A DNA stretch of 64,000 nt, from contig CAWEHK010000043.1 in NCBI GenBank assembly GCA_963808625.1, positions 1-64,000 on the forward strand. Reading direction: 5' to 3'. The DNA is from an uncultured delta proteobacterium. GTDB lineage: Bacteria; Desulfobacterota; Syntrophobacteria; Syntrophobacterales; Syntrophobacteraceae. A program made the translations under genes and the position numbers. The notes beneath the pieces were generated by a model. The model had not been told where the DNA came from and did no database searches. It was given only the letters and a program-made list of their open reading frames with translations. Shown one piece after another: positions 34,177-44,559 of the stretch (position 1 is the first letter of the stretch; each line of letters starts with the position of its first letter).

Positions 34177-35152
34177 GACGCTCCTTGACCTCACCCTCGA
34201 GCCCAAAGCATATGCCGGCATCCTGTTCGTCGGCGATCCTCACATTGCCGCTTCGCCGCCGGGTTTTCGGCTGGATGATTACGCCGAGACGGTCCTGCAC
34301 AAGCTTGCCTTCAGCCTGGAGACGGCGGCACAACGGGCATACCTCCCCATCATCCTGGGCGACCTCTTCCATGTGCCCAGGGACAATCCCAATTCCCTCC
34401 TCGTGGCCCTCATTGAACTGTTTCGGCTGCATAAGCCGTGGGTGCTGGTCGGCAATCACGACAAATATGAGGCGCGGCTCACCCGCGATGTCTCCCTGGC
34501 AGTGCTCGATGCCGCCGGGGTCGTTCGACTCCTCGACCGCGACGGCCCGGTAGCTTCGGTACCCGTTGCGGGTCGCAAGGTCCTCATCGGCGCCTCGCCC
34601 GATTGGACCCCCCTTCCCGGCACGGTCAATCCCAATGGCCATGACCATGTGATCTGGTTGACACATCACGATTTAGCTTTTCCCGGCTACGAATCCGCCA
34701 GGACCAACTTGAGAGAAATCCCCGGAGTCGACCTGGTGGTCAACGGCCATATCCACACGCCCAAAGCTCCCCAGCGCTACGGCCGGACCCTCTGGTTGAA
34801 TCCCGGCAGTCTCACCCGCATCAGCCGCAGCCAGGTCACGCGAAACCTCAAGCCCGTGATTACCGCGTGGGTCCCGGCGAAGGACGAATTCGAAGTATTT
34901 GAAGTGCCTCATCAGCCCTTTGATGAAATTTTCCCCGCGCTCGACGAGGCGGATGCGGATGATCACGCGCCGGTGGATGAATCCATGTTCATCCGCGGGC
35001 TGGAGAACCTGGCGTTGCGCAAGACGAGCGAGGGGGTGGGACTGAGGGCCTTTCTCGACGTGAATCTTGCGGGCGAAAATCTCGTCGACAAAATCATCTG
35101 GGAATTATACGAGGAGATCATGCAGCATGGTAAAGAAAGAGATCAAGACTGA
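34169..35152 (+). CDS. SbcD/Mre11-like metallophosphoesterase nuclease
   Basis: GDPH, LGDLFH, VGNHD, THH, NGHIH, NPGSLTR; PGFRLDDY; overlaps upstream ATPase. Confidence 0.82.
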   Translation: MPETLLDLTLEPKAYAGILFVGDPHIAASPPGFRLDDYAETVLHKLAFSLETAAQRAYLPIILGDLFHVPRDNPNSLLVALIELFRLHKPWVLVGNHDKYEARLTRDVSLAVLDAAGVVRLLDRDGPVASVPVAGRKVLIGASPDWTPLPGTVNPNGHDHVIWLTHHDLAFPGYESARTNLREIPGVDLVVNGHIHTPKAPQRYGRTLWLNPGSLTRISRSQVTRNLKPVITAWVPAKDEFEVFEVPHQPFDEIFPALDEADADDHAPVDESMFIRGLENLALRKTSEGVGLRAFLDVNLAGENLVDKIIWELYEEIMQHGKERDQD

Positions 35153-35468
35153 AGCTCAGGCGGGCAAGGCATCACCGCGTGACCAGCAGGTTGAGAACAA
35201 GCTCCTTGCCCTCCGGGAGGAGTATCGCAAACTTCACGAAAAGAAAATCGCCACCGAGAGGGACCGCCAGAACCTGGAAGAACGGCTCCGGGAACTGCGG
35301 GAGCAGGCGGAGCGGGAATACGGCACGAGCGATCTTGAACAGCTGCGCCAGCTCCTGGAGCAGCGGCGTCGGGAGAACGAACGGATGGTCGCGGAATACG
35401 AGGAGCATGTCCGCACCATCAACGAGCGGCTGGGTGAAATCGAGGGCACCGTGAAGGAAGGACTTTAA
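35127..35468 (+). CDS. Small coiled-coil protein
   Basis: Heptad-rich E/R/L sequence, overlaps the end of the nuclease gene. Confidence 0.75.
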   Translation: MVKKEIKTEAQAGKASPRDQQVENKLLALREEYRKLHEKKIATERDRQNLEERLRELREQAEREYGTSDLEQLRQLLEQRRRENERMVAEYEEHVRTINERLGEIEGTVKEGL

Positions 35469-35679
35469 TCCCGAGAGCATCCACGAATACACACGAGTGG
35501 ACACGAATAGACTGACAACATGCTCCAAACCAAGGAGCGGTCGAAAAACAAGGCGCCTTCTTTTACCAAGAAGAGCAGCAGGATGACGGAGGAAAGGAAG
35601 TGATTTCTTCGTGCTCTTCGTGTCCTTTGTGGTTTGAAACAGAGTCAAAATGAGAGCAAGTTATTTTTGGACGAACCCA

Positions 35680-35820
35680 AATACTACAACGAGGTTTCCG
35701 CAGGGGGCCTTAATCTGTGGGGCAGGCTTTCCAGCCTGCCTTTTGGGCAGTTCAGCATGGCAGGCTGGAAAGCCTGCCCCACGCAGTTTGAGGCTTGCTC
35801 AAATTACCGTTGCAGTGCTA
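35680..35820. mobile_element. MITE-like ~140-bp element (second copy 49307-49449) containing a GGCAGGCTGGAAAGCCTGCC REP doublet
   Basis: Imperfect terminal inverted repeats AATACTACAACG...CGTTGCAGTGCTA; near-identical interior in the second copy. Confidence 0.7.
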
Positions 35821-35834
35821 AGGACCGTTAATTA

Positions 35835-36500
35835 ATGAAAGACGTCGAACTCGAATCCCAGGGGGTTCCTGAGCCGGGCCCGCTGCGCAAGCGCCTGGAC
35901 ACTCTCCGGTGGCGGCAGAAAACCCTTCACCAGAAGCTGCTGAAGAACCACGAGACGCTCCAGGACCTGGATGCCTTCCTGGAAATTCAGCCCCGCGTCG
36001 CAGAGCGTTTGGATGAGCTTTCCCGCCAGCTTTTTGGGAACATCCTGGAAGAAATCGAGCGGAACTTGACGTATGCTCTGAGGGAAATCCTGGGGCAGGA
36101 CCTGCGGGTGGTTTCCCAGAAAGAGATGAAGAACCGGAAAATGCACGTCACCTTCGGGATTGAACGCGAGGGAAAGCCCGAGGACATCCTTACCGGCCAG
36201 GGAGGCTCCGTCTGCAACGTCATTTCGGTGGGGTTGCGCTTGATCGCTCTCTCGCAGCTTGATGAACGGGAACATCGCCGGTTCCTCGTGCTGGACGAAC
36301 AGGACTGCTGGCTCAGGCCGGACCTGGTGCCCCGTCTCATGGCGATTATTCATACCATCGCTCGGAAGCTGCAATTCCAGGTACTCGTGATCAGCCATCA
36401 CAGCATGGATCTCTTCCGAGAACATGCCGACCGCATCTACCGGATTGTACCGGCTGTGAGGCCCGATGCCGGAGTGCGGATCGAACTGCTGAAAGAATGA
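35835..36500 (+). CDS. SbcC/Rad50-like ATPase, C-terminal half (short coiled coil, ABC signature, Walker B, H-loop)
   Basis: DILTGQGGSV (signature variant), FLVLDEQDCWL (Walker B), QVLVISHH (H-loop); no Walker A. Confidence 0.8.
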   Translation: MKDVELESQGVPEPGPLRKRLDTLRWRQKTLHQKLLKNHETLQDLDAFLEIQPRVAERLDELSRQLFGNILEEIERNLTYALREILGQDLRVVSQKEMKNRKMHVTFGIEREGKPEDILTGQGGSVCNVISVGLRLIALSQLDEREHRRFLVLDEQDCWLRPDLVPRLMAIIHTIARKLQFQVLVISHHSMDLFREHADRIYRIVPAVRPDAGVRIELLKE

Positions 36501-36740
36501 CCTCACCGCAGAGACGCAGAGAGCGCAGAGAAAGGCATAACCTAAAGCAAAATCCTGACAGAAACCCAAGGAATTGTAGGTTGGCAATGCAAAGGAAAAA
36601 GGCTGACTTGCTTCAATGCAGAGGACTCCTAACGCGCATCAATAAGAAATTGGCTTCGATTTTTCTGTATCTTATGGTTTTCTCTGCGCTCTCTGCGTCT
36701 CTGCGGTGAACTTTTGCTTTCAAAAAATCACAGGTAGGCC

Positions 36741-39221
36741 ATGCCAAGACTGGTAATTGATGATCTTTCGATCGAGGTCCCTGCCGGGACCAAGGTCATC
36801 GAGGCTGCCGAACAACTGGGCATAATGATTCCGCGGTTCTGTTACCACAAGGCTCTGGGATCGGTTGGCGCCTGCCGCATGTGTGCGGTGAAGTTCCTGC
36901 AGGGCCCGTTCAAGGGGGTCCAGATGAGCTGCCTCGTAGACGCCCAGGACGGCATGGTGGTTTCCACCACCGATGACGAGGCGGTGGCGTTTCGCAAGTA
37001 CATCATCGAACTGCTCATGCTGAATCACCCTCACGACTGCCCGGTCTGCGACGAAGGGGGACAGTGCCTGCTTCAGGACATGACGGTTTCAGGCGGGCAC
37101 GGCATGCGGCGTTATCTCGGCAGGAAGAGGACTTATCGGGACCAGGACCTCGGGGCGTTCATCGCTCATGAGATGAATCGCTGTATTCACTGCTATCGGT
37201 GCTCCCGGTTTTACCAGGAATTTAGCGGGTATCGCGATCTCGGGCCGATGCAGATTGCCAGCCGGGTGTATTTTGGCCGTTTTCAAGACGGGCAACTGGA
37301 GAGCCCCTTTTCCGGGAATCTCGTTGATCTGTGCCCGACCGGCGTTTATACGGACAAGCCGGCGCGCTTCAAAGGGCGGCGATGGGACTTCGAGCGGGCC
37401 CCGTCGCTGTGCCTGCATTGTTCGCTCGGCTGCAATACCACGGCCAATGCGCGCTACCGGACGATGGTGCGAGTTGAAGCGCGATCCAATGAGTTGGTCA
37501 ATGGCTTCTTCATCTGCGACCGGGGCCGGTTTGGCTTCTCCTATGCCAATCATCCGGAGCGACCGCGTCACGCCAGGGTTGACGGGAATGAGTCCTCGCT
37601 CGAGGAGGCTCTTCAAGCCGCCCGCAGCCGGCTCGCAACCATTCAGGACCAGGCGGGCCGCCATGCTGTCGCCGGCCTCGGCTCTCCGCGCAGCAGTCTG
37701 GAAACGCAGGGGATGCTCAAACGCTTATGTCGGTTGATGCAGTGGCGCGAGCCCGACTACTTTCTCGACCCTCGACTCAAGAAGAAAGTCCAGAGCGCCA
37801 TTTCCCAACTGGATAGCCGGATGGCAGTCTCGCTGCGCCAGGTCGAGACGGCGGATTGTATCCTGGCGGTCGGCATCGACCCCCTTAACGAAGCTCCGAT
37901 GCTGGCGCTTGCCATGAGGCAGGCTTATCGCAGGGAAGCAACCGTAGCCGTGATCGATCCCCGGCCGCTTTCCCTGCCTTTCCCCTTCGCCCACCTGGCG
38001 GTTCCAACCTGGAACCTGGACCGCTGTTTGCGCGTGCTCTTTCAGGGGGGCAGGGAGGAGCTTCATTTGAGTCAAAGGGACCAGGACGACGCATCACTTT
38101 CCCCCGAAATCCACCGGCAGATTACGGAAGTTGCCGCAGCGTTCAGGGCGAGCGGCAATCCGGTCCTGATCTGCGGCACGGATGTGGTCCCTGAAAGCAC
38201 CCCGGCCCTCATCGGCGCCCATGCGCGGTTGTTGCTCCAGGAGAAAGGGACCTGCGGCCTCTTTTATGCGCTTCCCGGTGCCAACGCCTTCGGTGCCGGG
38301 CTCCTCAGTTCTGCCGGCGATCAGACGTTCCTCGAAACCGTTGAGGCCATTGAACGGGGTGAGGTCAAAGCACTGATCGTTGTTGAATCGGACCCTTTCG
38401 GGCAATTTCCCGACCGGTCCCGGCTCGAGCGGGCCCTTGCGAAGCTGGAGTGTCTGCTGGTGTTGGATTATCTGCCGTCACCGCTCACTGCCCGAGCCCA
38501 CATTGTGCTGCCAATTTTGACCATGTTCGAAACCGGCTCCAGCTTTATCAACCAGGAAGGCAGGGTTCAATTTGCGCAACCGATTTATCACGGAGGGACG
38601 CCGGTGTCTCAGGCGATGGCGGGTGGACATCCGCCGCGGCTTTATGCAGAGGACCTTTCCGGCGGGGAACTGAAGCCTGCCTGGGAGCTCCTGGCCGACC
38701 TGGCGGACGCAATGTCGACGGGGCAGAAAATCGGGCCGCAGGATAACCCGCTTTCCCGGGCTGCCCTCGAGCATCCTCTGCTTGCCGGACTGCGACATTT
38801 GGACTACCCCATTGACAACGTCCGGTGTATACCTGTTTCGGTTGAGGCGGAACCGTTCCCCTCAGTCGTTGACTCCTTCATCGGTCCCGATACTCAAAAG
38901 GAACTGCAGCTCCTTCTGGTGGAGTCGAACCCGGGCTCTGAAGAGTTGTCTCAGTATGCGGACCTCATCCAACAGGTGGAACGTGAACCCGTCCTTGCCA
39001 TGCACACCGACGATGCGGCAAAGCTCGGGTTTTCGGAGGGTGACCGGGTCTTGCTTACCTTCGAGGGAGGAACGATCCAAACAAGACTCAGGGTCGCAAA
39101 AAACATGGCACCGGGGACCCTGATTTTGCCTCGCCACCGGAAACTCGCATGGCAGCAGGTCGGGGACTTTTCCGTAATGCTGCCTTTGGATAGGCTAAGA
39201 AGAGAGCAATGGGGTGGTGCC
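36741..39221 (+). CDS. nuoG: NADH-quinone oxidoreductase subunit G (stop not seen; reads through into the next gene)
   Basis: IPRFCYH..L..VGACRMC, NHPHDCPVCDEGGQCLLQD, RCIHCYRC, CPTG, CLHCSLGC, ICDRGRFG. Confidence 0.88.
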
Positions 39222-39776
39222 ATGAGAAGACTCGTTATTCTTGTTCTGCTGTTTCCTGCGATTGCTCTCAGCGGAGAATGTGAAAATCAAGGCGGAAAAT
39301 GTGTTCCGTTTGCTCCCGACCAGGTGTGTCCTTCCGGGGGAAAGGGAGTCCCGGGGCTTGGATGCGCAGTGGCTGAAATATGCTGCAAAGCAGACGAGAA
39401 GTGCTGCATCGTGGTTCCCTTTCAAGAATGTTTCAATGCGGATACTCCTGCCAGGGTAGCCAACTGCAAAGGCCGAATCATTAACTGTTCGTGTCCTCCT
39501 AATTGCACCGCCCGATGCGTGGAAAGCGAGAAATGCTGCACCCACGGCAGCAGGCTGGCGGAAATTCCCTATGGGATAACGGAAGAGGACTGCATCAAGA
39601 ATGGTTGGACCGTTAATCCGATTTCCTGCGAGAAAGTCGAACAGCAGCTCACCAGAAAATGCTGTCTCACAGACAGTACTTGTATGAGCATACCACACAG
39701 AATTGCAGAAGAAGAATGTTTGTCCGAGGGCTGGGCGGTGATCTATTGTCGATTTGGCGATAGCTGCAAAAGGTAA
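39222..39776 (+). CDS. Cysteine-rich secreted protein (24 Cys in 184 aa)
   Basis: MRRLVILVLLFPAIALSG signal peptide after GGTGG; in frame with nuoG in this assembly. Confidence 0.65.
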   Translation: MRRLVILVLLFPAIALSGECENQGGKCVPFAPDQVCPSGGKGVPGLGCAVAEICCKADEKCCIVVPFQECFNADTPARVANCKGRIINCSCPPNCTARCVESEKCCTHGSRLAEIPYGITEEDCIKNGWTVNPISCEKVEQQLTRKCCLTDSTCMSIPHRIAEEECLSEGWAVIYCRFGDSCKR

Positions 39777-39830
39777 CCGAGTCATGAGCGGGTTAGACCT
39801 GGCGGTCAACCGGCAGTGCTAAGGGTAGTG

Positions 39831-40540
39831 ATGAAAGCGATAAGTATACAGCAGCCATTTGCGTTCGGGATTGTCAGCGGTCAGAAAACAATCGAGGTCA
39901 GGACCTGGGACACCCATCACCGGGGGGACCTTCTCGTCTGTTCATCGGGAAAACCCGCCTTCTCCAGGATGGAAATGGAAGAGATGGAGGAGGAGTACGA
40001 CTGTACTTTCCTCTATGGACATGCGCTTGCTGTCGTTAGCCTTGTGGACGTCCGGCAGGTGAGAAGAGGAGACGAGGAGAAGGCGCTCATGGACGAAATC
40101 GATCCCGAAGCCTGCTGTTGGGTCCTTGCGGACGTTCGTCCCGTTATTCCGTTCCCCGTCAAAGGGAGGCAGGGCCTCTTCGAGGTCGATGACAGCCTCA
40201 TCACCGAAGCGCCTTTCAAATTCGATCAAACGATTGTCGTAAGAGGAGGGACCGTCGCAGAAGATTTAGGGATCGATTTCTCCGGTTGGCATGGCCGGGT
40301 TTCCGAGGTCCTTCTCACCGAAGAGGGCGAGCCCCGGGCCCATGTAACCTGGGACAGTGTGTCTCTGCGCAGCATGCCGCTTACGGTGATCGAGAAATGC
40401 GTGAGGGAAGGCTTTGACTGGACCGGGGTGCTGGTGCGCCTCCATGAGATCGAACATGCCGAGCCGAGGGATACGTGGGATGATGTCCGGAATGCAATCG
40501 AAGACCTCGAGGCGGAGCATTTCTCCATCTTCCAGGTGAA
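39831..40540 (+). CDS. ASCH-domain protein with acidic C-terminal domain (3' end uncertain)
   Basis: MKAISIQQPFA..IV.G.KTIEVRTW.T.HRGDLLVCSS...PVKGRQGLF. Confidence 0.75.
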
Positions 40541-40606
40541 GAGACAGTTAGGTCCGAGTTACACGAACATCGAAGAGAAGCGTTGGAAGAACTCAGGCTG
40601 GAAACT

Positions 40607-40622
40607 GGGGGCCGAAGCCCCC
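40607..40622 (-). terminator. Putative terminator hairpin after hup
   Basis: Minus strand GGGGC-TTCG-GCCCC followed by CAGTTT, 17 nt after the stop. Confidence 0.5.
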
Positions 40623-40639
40623 TGTTGGCTGGCAATGCG

Positions 40640-40933
40640 TTACTTCTTTTTGCCTTTCTTGACATTCAGGCTTTCTTTGAATGCCTTTCCAGCAGTAAAC
40701 TTTACCGCCTTCTTGGCAGGGATCTTCAACTTCTTGCCAGTCGCAGGATTACGGCCTTCCCGGGCGGCTCGTTCCACCATTTTGAAACTTCCAAACCCGA
40801 TAAAGGTTACTGTCTCACCGGCACGGACAGCCTCCATGATCGAAGCCAGAGTGCTGTCGATTGCTGCATTTGCTGCCTTTTTGGTGACCTCAAGATCCTT
40901 GGAAACCTTTGTTATAAGCTCGGCTTTTGTCAT
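40640..40933 (-). CDS. hup: HU DNA-binding protein
   Basis: MTKAELI...GFGSF....RAAREGRNPATG..LKIPAKKAVKFTAGKAFKESLN. Confidence 0.95.
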   Translation of the reverse strand: MTKAELITKVSKDLEVTKKAANAAIDSTLASIMEAVRAGETVTFIGFGSFKMVERAAREGRNPATGKKLKIPAKKAVKFTAGKAFKESLNVKKGKKK

Positions 40934-41461
40934 GTCCCTCTCCTCCATTTAAGGTTAAAGTTTTACGCCGACAACCACATGGTGCATCTCATGAAGAACA
41001 TCTTTAAACCATACTGGTGATTAAAACTGATTAAGCTTCCCGTAAGCTATTGATGCTTTAGAGCCTGCGTCTTTAGATGGCCGCAGAGGTTTCACCACCC
41101 AAGATATTGGAACATAACCGAGTCCATAACTTGCAGCAGAACCGGTCGTTATGAAAAATTCACAGGTATATGAAGCGCCTGAACCTTGCAAGAGTTAGTC
41201 TATTCACGGATTATTGAAAACAACAATCTTTTCGATAAGTCAAGGAGAAAGAACACAATAGGGGGCTTCTAGGGCAATAAAAGTCTCGGATACCTGCTAC
41301 GGGGAGGCCTGAAGCCGGGAAGAACTGCCCCGGAACAGGGAATCAACAGAGTAACGGCTTCCCCAGAAAGTCGTTCGGCCAAACGCTGACAGCGTATCGT
41401 ACGGGCTCGAACGGTATTGGCTATCGCTCGAAAGCAGCCCATCCGAGCGATGCAGTTGGAG

Positions 41462-42010
41462 CTAAGGTGATTTGCGGAAGCTGAAAAAATCCTGGCCGGC
41501 CGTGACCGGATTTGCGGGACTGCTTGCCGGGCCGACGGAGAGGTCCGGGACATCGGCAGCCAAAGGATTGGCTGTCGCTGGACCTGAGGGGACGAAGGGA
41601 TTGACCGTTGCTTGGCTCACACCGAAAGGATCGACAACCGGTCCCGGCATAAAAGGCGGGTTCGACAGACCGCCCGGTGAGGTCGCCACAGCAAAGGGAT
41701 CGATGACCTGGGCATTGGCATCAAAAGGCCGGTCAAGGGATGGCGCAGCGGGTGCGCTCATCAAAGATGAACTGGTGCCCGGAATGGCTCCGTTGGCGCT
41801 TGAGAGAGAACCGAATTGGCTCGTCTTCCGGCCCCCCGGAGAAGTGGCGACACGCTGTTGGTTGGCGCGATTCATCCGGTTGTAGGCGTTCAGGACCTTT
41901 GCTAAATCGCGATTGTACTGAGGCCCACCGGCGTTGGGTCTTGCCCGCTGGGCAAGGGCCGGGTTGAAAAACATAAGGATGGCGGCAGTCAAGATTATCG
42001 TCTTCTTCAT
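41462..42010 (-). CDS. Secreted Pro/Ala-rich hypothetical protein
   Basis: Signal peptide MKKTIILTAAIL...ALA; repeated (V/I)DPF/NPF motifs. Confidence 0.65.
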   Translation of the reverse strand: MKKTIILTAAILMFFNPALAQRARPNAGGPQYNRDLAKVLNAYNRMNRANQQRVATSPGGRKTSQFGSLSSANGAIPGTSSSLMSAPAAPSLDRPFDANAQVIDPFAVATSPGGLSNPPFMPGPVVDPFGVSQATVNPFVPSGPATANPLAADVPDLSVGPASSPANPVTAGQDFFSFRKSP

Positions 42011-42179
42011 CTGCGGACCCTCACACAATCATCATTGTCGCTTTAGAGTGTCGTAAAGGAATCAATACCTGCCATAGCATCCCTGGAAATCATGTTAATT
42101 CTGACTCACCTATGATAATTGAAATATGAAGGACCGTCGACCGGTTTCTGTATACAAATCCGGGGGAGAATGAGTCAGC

Positions 42180-42512
42180 ATGAAACAGTACGTCATCGAT
42201 CAACTGCGCCAATCTGATTTTGCCGAGATCCGGGAGTTCCTTGGCAGGAATGCCGAAAGCACCGGTGTCGAGGGCATTTACTGGGTGAACCTCCCGGCCG
42301 CCCTGTATAGCGTCATCCAGACTGAACATTCAAAATGTAACCCCTTCTACTTTGCCGTGAATCTTACCTGGAACGACGTCGCATTCGAACTGCTCATACG
42401 CAGCCGCCAGGTGATCAGGTGCCATTGCATCGCTTACGCCACCCCGCAGCAGCGGGAATACATCATCCATTTTGCAGACCGCATGATCGAGGAGCTGGGA
42501 TTGAAGCTCTAG
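42180..42512 (+). CDS. Hypothetical protein
   Basis: ORF with RBS GGAG; H..C.PFYFA, ELLIRS....RC.CIAYAT..QR. Confidence 0.7.
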   Translation: MKQYVIDQLRQSDFAEIREFLGRNAESTGVEGIYWVNLPAALYSVIQTEHSKCNPFYFAVNLTWNDVAFELLIRSRQVIRCHCIAYATPQQREYIIHFADRMIEELGLKL

Positions 42513-42525
42513 GTCGTGGAGGGAA

Positions 42526-42577
42526 GTGATGAGTAATGAGTGATGAGTGATGAGTGATGAGTGATGAGTGATGAGTG
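42526..42577. repeat. Heptamer tandem repeat (TGAGTGA)n
   Basis: Directly visible; similar heptamer arrays at ~14360-14490, 15291-15330, 19843-19886, 20985-21030, 42820-42866, 44465-44525, 47866-47980. Confidence 0.85.
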
Positions 42578-42858
42578 CCGGATGCTGAGAGGATGTCCAA
42601 AAAGGCTGAAAAGGTGCCGCTGTAGTGATTGCCGCGAGCCGCCATGACAGCGTAAACAGTCCGAGATCGTCATTCCCGCATGGTTTAAGCGGGAATCCAG
42701 GTGCCTTCTGATCCCTGGACCCCCGCCAGAAGCATGCGGGGGTGACGACTGGAGGATCTTTTTGGACACGCTCTGAGTTATGGACAAGGGAATCCTCATC
42801 ATTCGCAGGTGACACCCCAACAGCCAAGAGCCAAGAGCTAACAGCTAACAGCCAACAG

Positions 42859-43913
42859 CTAACAGCTTCTCCTCGGATACGGGTGCAGCATGAAATCGGC
42901 CAGGACGAGGAGCACCATTGCTTCACAAACGGGGATGATGCGCGGGATGGCGGAAACATCGTGGCGTCCCTTGATCTGGATGGTTACCGGCCGGCCATCG
43001 GCAGTTACCGTCACCTGCGGCTTGGAAATGGATGGAATCGGTTTCACCGCCACGCGCGCGATGATCTCCATGCCCGTTGAGAGGCCGCCAAGAATGCCGC
43101 CGGCACGGTTGCCGGAATAGCCCTCGGGAGTTACCGGGTCGTTGTTTTCACTTCCCAGCATAGCGGCGGCGTTGAAACCCTCGCCGATTTCGACACCCTT
43201 GACCGCCCCGATCGACATCAGCGCTCCAGCGAGTCGGGCATCCAACTTATCGAACACCGGCTCGCCCAAGCCGGCGGGACAACCGCGAGCACAGATTTCC
43301 ACAATGCCGCCCACGGAATCTCCCGCCTCTTTCACTTCGCGCAAACGGGCTTCCATGGCCCGCGCACTTTCCGCATCCGGGCAAAACAAAGGATTCCGAT
43401 CAATTTCCTCCCCGTCGAAATGCTTGCAGCGAATCCCTCCCAGGGCCAGCGTGTAGGCTTGGACCGAAATGTCATGCCGGTTAAGAACTTTCTTGCCACG
43501 GCGCCCGCCGCCACCCGCGCGACGGTCTCACGAGCAGAGCTCCGGCCGCCGCCCCGCCAGTCCCTGATCCCATATTTCTGTTCGTAAGTGCGGTCCGCGT
43601 GGCCCGGGCGATAAACCGCCGCAAGCTCATCGTAATCGCTGCTGCGAACGTCACGATTAGACACCACGAGACTGATCGGGGTCCCGGTCGTAATCCCCTG
43701 AAAAACGCCGGAGAGGATTTCCACGTGATCCGGTTCGCGACGGCGGGAGGTGAGGGCCTTTCCCGGCCTGCGGCGCTCCAGATCGCGCTGCATGTCTTCC
43801 GCGGTCAGCGGAATCCCCGGCGGGCATCCGTCAATAACAACCCCGAGGGCCGGGCCATGGGATTCTCCCCAGGTTGTGACCCGAAACAGGCTACCAAAAG
43901 TATTGCCAGGCAT
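42859..43913 (-). CDS. aroC: Chorismate synthase (frameshift near 43470)
   Basis: [57 protein letters not shown]. Confidence 0.95.
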
Positions 43914-43960
43914 GAGCGCTCCCTTCCCGTTTTCAGTGATCATGGCTCAGTGAGCCGACC

Positions 43961-43988
43961 TTGACAGTTAACTGGAAAAAGTTATTGT
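43961..43988 (+). promoter_or_regulatory. Sigma70-type promoter for clpS-clpA-aat
   Basis: TTGACA(43961-43966), 16 bp spacer, TATTGT(43983-43988). Confidence 0.45.
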
Positions 43989-44130
43989 TCATAACGAGAT
44001 AAAGATCAAGGAAAGGATTTGGCAAGCAGCCGTTTTGATGCCATCGAGGCGGCAGGGCGAAAGACGTGGGAATCCGAAGCGTGTTCAAGGGCACAGGAGT
44101 GAGGAGCTTCAGCAGAGTGGAGGAGTGAGG

Positions 44131-44448
44131 ATGAGCGACGAGCATCATCCGGATTTTGGGGAGGACCTGGAGAGCAGGGTCGAAGAGGACCTCGAAGAGC
44201 CCCCGATGTATCGAGTGCTGCTTCACAACGATGACTACACCACCATGGAGTTCGTCGTCGAAATTCTGCAACTGGTCTTCCACAAGTCGCCTTCAGAGGC
44301 TACCCGGATCATGCTGCTCGTGCATAAGAGCGGGGTTGGGATGTGCGGCGTATTCACCGCTGAAATTGCCGAAACGAAGGTCGAACTGGTCCACCATCTG
44401 GCGAAGAAACATGGGTTCCCCTTACAATGCAGCATGGAAGAGGCTTGA
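44131..44448 (+). CDS. clpS: ClpS adaptor
   Basis: PPMYRVLLHNDDYTTMEFVVEIL...IMLLVH..G.G.CG.F..EIAETK...FPL.C.ME. Confidence 0.95.
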   Translation: MSDEHHPDFGEDLESRVEEDLEEPPMYRVLLHNDDYTTMEFVVEILQLVFHKSPSEATRIMLLVHKSGVGMCGVFTAEIAETKVELVHHLAKKHGFPLQCSMEEA

Positions 44449-44559
44449 TGATCGACGGTTTCCGCTCTTGGCTGTCGGCTCTTGGCTGTTAGCTCTTGGC
44501 TCTTGGGTGTTGGCTCTTGGCTCTTAAGATTTGAGCATATGTGAAAGAAAGAAAGACTG

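Noticed and set aside
40540..40952. ASCH ORF extension overlapping all of hup on the opposite strand
   Set aside because: The extension is antisense hup translation; the true stop was probably lost near 40540
40960..41460. Long intergenic region upstream of hup as an ncRNA (6S-like)
   Set aside because: No recognisable conserved motif or convincing long stem; would need an Rfam/Infernal search
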